Part shown: positions 58,372-64,000 of the stretch, in pieces
Numbering within the stretch: position 1 is the first letter of the stretch
Layout of the letters: each line of letters opens with the position of its first letter
Assembly (NCBI RefSeq): GCF_004010195.1
Contig: NC_057753.1
Span: 8,641,182 to 8,705,181 of the forward strand
Direction: 5' to 3'
Length of the DNA: 64,000 nucleotides
From: Chiloscyllium plagiosum
Taxonomy: Eukaryota
Program-made: the position numbers and the translations under genes
Notes under the pieces: model-generated
Seen by the model: only the letters and a program-made list of their open reading frames with translations
Told to the model about the DNA's origin: nothing
Database searches by the model: none

Positions 58372-60240
58372 GAGCATAGAACATTACAGCGCAGTACAGG
58401 CCGTTCGGCCCTCAATGTTGCACCGACCTTGGAACCAACCTGAATCCTATCTATCCTATACTATTCGATGTTCATTCATATTTTTTATCCTTAAACCACT
58501 TCAATGTCCTTAAAGTTATCGTGACTACTACTGTTGCAGGAAGTGCTGTCTATGTCTCTACTACTCTCTGAGTAAAGAAAGACCCTCTGACACCTGTCCT
58601 ATACCTACCATCCCTTAATTTAAAGCTATGTACCCTCGTGCTGGTCATCAACATCTGAAGAAAAAGGCTCCCACTTTCTGCCTATCTAAACCTCTGATTA
58701 TCGTATATGTCTAAATTAAGTCACTTCTCAAACTTCTCTGTAACTAAAACAGCCTAAAGTCCTTCAGCATTTCCCCATAAGACCTAACCTCCATAGCAGG
58801 CAACATCCCAGTAAATCTCCTCTGAGCCCGTTCCAAAGCTTCTCGATGCTTACTGTCGTGTGGTGACCAGAACTGTACACAATACTCCAAGTGTGGTCGC
58901 ACCATACTTTTGCACAGCTTCAGCATGACCTGGTGGCTGAGAAAATCAATCCCTCAATGAATAAAATCTAACACACCGTATGCCTTCAAAACAAAGCTAT
59001 TGGAAGGGTTTGGAGGGATATGGGCCGGGTGCTGGCAGGTGCGACTAGATTGGATTGGGATATCTAGTCGGCATGGACGGGTTGGACCGAAGGGTCTGTT
59101 TCCATGCTGTAGATCTCTATGACTCTAACCTGGGAGGCAAATTTCAGGAATCTATGTACATTGTCACCGGGATCCCTCTGCTCATAGGCACGACCAAGAA
59201 TTTTACCATGACTTCATGATCCCTTATTCATATTGCTCCTTCCAAACTGAATCACATTACAACTTTTCACATTAAACTCCATTTGTCAATTCTCAGCCAA
59301 GCTCTGTAGCTAATCTAAGTCCCTCTGTAACTTGCAACATTCTTCAGCACTATCCAGACTTCCACGACATTAGTGTCATCCGCAAATTTATTAACCCATC
59401 CTTCTATGCCCTCATTGGGGTCGATTATAAAAATGATAAACAGCAGTGGCCCCAAAACAGAGCGTTGTGGTATACCACCAGTAAATGAACTTCAGGGTGA
59501 ACACTTCCCATCAACCACCATCCTTTGTCTTCTTTCAGCTCGTCCATTTCGGAACCAAACCGCTAAATCACCCTCCATCTCATGCTTTTACATTTTGTGC
59601 AATAGACTACCGTGAGGAAAGTTATCAAACGCTCTGCTGAAACCCATAGACATCACATCAACCGTTTTATCTTCATTCCCCTGGTTTGCTCACCTTCACA
59701 ATTAGGTTTGTGAAGTACGACCTGCCCTTCACACAACCATGTTGACTAACCACATCATCGCATTCCTCGCCAGATGATTATAAATCCTATCTGTTATAAA
59801 CCTTTCCAACACTTTACCCACAACCGAAATAAGGCTCACTGGTCTTTAATTGCCAGGATTGTCTCCACTCTCTTTCTTGAACAATGGGACAACATTTGCT
59901 ATCCTCCAGTTTTCTGGCAGTATTCCTGTAGACAATGACGATTTAAAGATTAAATCCAAAGAACTCTAGTTTCTTCTCAGGCTTCCCAGAGAATCCTAAG
60001 ATAAGTACCATCCGGCCAAGGGGACTTACCTATTTTCACACTTTACAGAATTGCTAACACCGTCTCCTTACGAAACTTAACCCATTTGATCTAGTAGCCT
60101 GTATCTCAGTATTCTCCTCGACAATATTGCATTTTTCCAGTGTGAAAGCTGACGAAAAATATTCATTTAACGCTTCCACTATCTCCTTGGACTCCACGCA
60201 CAGCTTCTCACTACAATCTTTGATTGGTCCTAACATTTCT
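58372..60240 (-). mobile_element. Degenerate CR1 ORF2 (linker, RT, 3' end) with a short plus-strand CR1 tail inserted at about 59000-59127
   Basis: ORFs 58744..58926 (RPHLEYCVQFWSP) and 60054..60236 (LGPIKD..NEYFSSAFT), FADDT at about 59375 and tail gagcatagaacattacagcgcag. Confidence 0.85.
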
Positions 60241-60244
60241 TTCT

Positions 60245-63200
60245 AACATCTCTACCCACCTCCGCCATTCCAACCTCTCACACTCACAATGCGCAGCCCT
60301 CCACTCCCTCTGCTCCAATCCCAACCTCATCATCAACCCAGCGGATAAAGGGGGTGCAGTGGTAGTTTGGTGCACTGACCTCCACACCACTGAAGCCAGA
60401 TGCCAACTCGAAGACACGTCCTCCTACCGTCCCCTCGACCATGACCCCAGCCCCATCACCAAACCCAGACGATAGAGAACCTCATCACCTCGTGAGATCA
60501 TCTATCCAATGCTTGCAACCTCGTAGTCCGGGAACGCCACACCGCCCCATTCTACCTCCTTCCCAAGATCCACAAGCCTGACCACCCTAGACGACCCATT
60601 GTCTCAGCATGCTCCTGCCCCATCGAACGCATCTCCACCTACCCCGATAGTGTCCCATCGACAGTCCAGGAACTCGCCACATACATTCGAGACATCACCC
60701 ACGTCCTCCACCTCCTCCAAGACTTCCATTTCCCTGGCCCCCAATGACTCACCTTCACCATGGACATCCAGTGCTTCAAGACCTTCATCCGCCATGACCA
60801 GGGCCTCCAAGCCCTCCGTTTCTTCCTCTCCCAACGTATCCAACAGTATCCTTCCACTGACAATCTCATTCTTTTGGCTGAACTGGTCCTCACCCTCAAC
60901 AGTTTCTCCTTCGAATCCTCCCACTTCCTCCAGATCAAAGGGATGGCATTGGGCACCCGTATGGGCCCAGCTATGCCTGTTTCTTTGTCGACTATATAGA
61001 ACAATACATCTTGCACAGTTTCACCGACCACTCCTCATATCTTCCTCCGTTACATTGATGACTGCATTGGCGCCGCCTCGTGCAGTTCATCAACATCACC
61101 AACACATTCCACCCCGACCTTAAATTCACCTGGACCATCTCTGACACCTCCCTCCACTTTCTGGACCTCTCATCTCCATTAATGACGACAGACTTGACAC
61201 TGACGTTTATTACAAACCTACCGACTCCCACAGCTATGTGGATTGCACCTCTTTCCACCCTACCTGCTGCAAAATTGCCATCCCGTATTCACAATTCCTA
61301 CGCCTCCACCGTATCTGCTCCCAGGAGGACCAGTTCCACCACAGAACACACCAGATGGCCTCCTTCTTTAGAGACCACAATTTCCCTTCCTACATGGTTG
61401 AAGATGCCCACCAATGCATCCCATCCACATCCCGCACCTCCGCCCTCAAACCCCACCCCTCCAACCGTAACAAGGAGAGAACTCCCCTGGTCCTCACCTT
61501 CCACTCTACCGACCTTCGCAAAAACTGCATCATCCGCCGACACTTCCGTTACCTCCAAACCGACCCCACCCAACAAAGATATTGTTCCCTCCACATCTCT
61601 TTCCTCTTTCCGCAAAGACAGTTCCCTCCGTGACTACATGGTCATATCCACGCCCCCCAACAACCCACCCACGCGTCCTGGCACCTTCCCCTGCCGCCGC
61701 AGGAATTGCAAAACCTGTGTCCATACCTCTTCATCCACCTCCATCCCAGGTCCAACAGGAGCCTTCCACATCTATCAAAGTTTCACCTGCACACCAACCA
61801 ATGTCATTTATTGTATCCATTGCTCCCCATGTGGTCTCCTCTGCATTGGGGAGACCGGGCGCCTCCTCGAAGAGCACTTTAGGAAACATCTCCGGGACAC
61901 TTACACCAATCAACCCCACCGCCCCATGGCCCAACATTTCAACTCCCCCTCCCACTCTGCCAAGGTCATGCAGGTCCTCGTCTTCCTCCACAACCACTCC
62001 CCCACCACTCGACGCCTGCAGGAAGAAGACCTCTTCTTCCGCCTCGGAATACTTCAATCCTAGTGCATCAATGTAGACTCCACCAGTTTTCTCATTCTCC
62101 TTCCCTACCTTATACCTTCCTAACTTGCAGCTGAGCACCGTCCTCTTGACCTGTCCCACCTGCCAATCTACCTTACCACATATCCACTCCACCCTCCCTT
62201 CTGACCTATCACCTTCTTCCCCACCTCCATCCACCCATTGTACACTTTGCCAACTTCCCCCACCCTCCTCTCTGACCTTTAACCTCTATCCCCACCCCTT
62301 TCACTTATTGTACTCTTTGCTACCTTCTTCCCAGCCTCCCACCCATTTATCTCTCCATCCCAGAGGCTTCCTTCCTCTCTTCCTGATGAAGTGCTTTTTC
62401 CCGAAACGTCGATTTTCATGCACCTTAGATGCTGCCTGACCTGTTGTGCTTTTCCAGCACCCCTCTAATCTAGACTCTGCTCTCCCACATCTGCAGTCCT
62501 CACTTTTGCCTAGTTGATTTTAACCTTACTGCTAATCCTCTTGCATGGATGCTTACCTTAAAGACGTTTCCTTCCCCTCTCTACAAGAATCTCAGTGAGT
62601 CTCTCTCTCTCTCTCATTGCAACCCGGGTCATCTCCTCTGCCCTGAAGCTCTTCAACCCTGTCCTGAAACAGACTCGCTACCACAGCCACATTTGCTACC
62701 TCAGTGACAGCCTCCATAACCAACTGACCCCACATGGACTCCAGACTGCATTTAAACCAGCAGAGTTCGGAACCAAACAGGACAACCTGTACAGACTACA
62801 GATTCAAAACCACCAGCTATGGTTCTCCTTCAGGATCCTCCGCTCCACACACACAGCAATGTGCCGGCACCTAACCTCTCTACAGCTAGCACTACCTCAA
62901 CTGAGGGCCACACTCTCTCAGAACTGCAAAGGGCCCATTCTGTACGATATTCTAAGAAGGATTCATACTCTCAACAAACAGTATTTCAACACCATCTTAA
63001 ACATCAAGAACTGCAAGTACAACAAACTTTTATGCACCCACCTCCATAGCCAGCACGCCTCAAACATCCCCAGCCTCTGGAACTGCTCGGACGCCATTAG
63101 GCATGCGGCTGGTACAGCTAGCATCCAAACGGCGATCGATGACGGCACTTCCTCCCCATCATGGCCACTTCCACAGCCAATTCCGCCCCTCACGATTCCT

Positions 63201-63860
63201 CATGCGTCACACGTAACATCTCTTCGGCCCCCACGTCAGCACTGACGTCACGCACTCAGCGACTTACGCCCGACCTATTGCCGTGTTCGCCACCACCTCT
63301 GCCCCCACCAACACCATTCACCTGCATTCTGCTGACACAACCCCATAGATAACATTGTCACCATTCCCGCACCCCAGAAACCCGGGGGGATCATCACCAC
63401 TGCTCATGATTCCACCCCATTCCCCGTAAAACGACGTCCACTCCAGTTACAGGCTCCAACCCCACTGGCATTTGCACACCCACAGCAGTTCCCAACGCCC
63501 AGTGCTGCCAAATGTTCACCATAGACCCACACCTTCCCCTCCGTGAGGACGAATGATCGGTCCTCAGCAAAATCTGTACCTTTGTCCGCTTCCGCCCATG
63601 CATCAATGAATTTAATACACATCATGACATCAAACACTTCTTCCACCGCCTCCACATCCAGGCTTACTTATTCAATCAGGACTCCTGCCCACCTTCCGAG
63701 GACCCCTTTGCCTGCCTCCAACACACCCCATTCACCTGGACACCTGAGCGGACCTATTACCCACCCTCGATCTCTTCATTTCCAACTGCCACCTCCGAGC
63801 TTAATTTTTCAATCAGGACTCCCTCCAACCTACTGAGGACCCCTCTGCCTGCCTCCAATA
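60245..63860 (+). mobile_element. Neptune-type Penelope-like element in partial tandem arrangement (RT, Cys-linker, GIY-YIG, terminal repeat with hammerhead, then start of the next unit)
   Basis: PADKGGAVVV, FYLLPKIHK..RPIVS, TMDIQ, QIKGMALGTRMGP, FLRYIDD, CRRRNCKTC, NVIYCIHCSPCGLLCIGETGR. CTGATGA..GAAACGTC at 62383-62410. N-terminal ORF 62595..63245 follows. Confidence 0.88.
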
Positions 63861-63861
63861 T

Positions 63862-64000
63862 CATAGGTAATAGGTAATAGACAATAGGTGCAGGAGTACG
63901 CCATTATGCCCTTGGAGCCTGCACCACCATTCAATATGATCATGGCTGATCATCCATAATCAGTATCCTTTTTATGCCTTATCTCCATAACCATTGATTC
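63862..64000 (-). mobile_element. CR1 3' end running off the window
   Basis: (ATAGGTA)n-type tail and reverse complement of the CR1 3' UTR seen at about 20560-20655. Confidence 0.8.

Noticed and set aside
63243..63250. Perfect CRE palindrome TGACGTCA
   Set aside because: Single 8-mer inside a Penelope low-complexity coding region, with no host gene nearby in the window.

Overview
Eukaryotic genomic DNA, inferred to be from a cartilaginous fish (shark-like), based on HE1/V-SINE-type tRNA-derived SINEs, dominant CR1 LINEs and Penelope-like elements. The host gene content is a small cluster of GPR139/GPR142-like class A GPCRs. There are two intact two-exon genes arranged head-to-head: gene A on the minus strand (exons 14880-14811 and 12299-11410, 319 aa) and gene B on the plus strand (exons 38486-38555 and 40927-41837, 326 aa). 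A transposon-disrupted pseudogene lies at about 3466-4129. Both intact genes have homeodomain (TAATT) and O/E(EBF)-like sites just upstream of the ATG, a layout reminiscent of odorant-receptor promoters. The rest of the window is nested transposon debris: many CR1 copies (one with twin-priming-like 5' inversion geometry), Penelope-like elements of at least three families carrying about 10 minimal hammerhead ribozyme motifs (several as small fold-back insertions), a decayed Gmr1-type (integrase-before-RT) Gypsy element whose 3' LTR lies about 90 bp behind gene B, a TTA-flanked MITE-like element, SINEs, and a roughly 4 kb purine-skewed low-complexity tract. Repeat boundaries were read by eye and are approximate.
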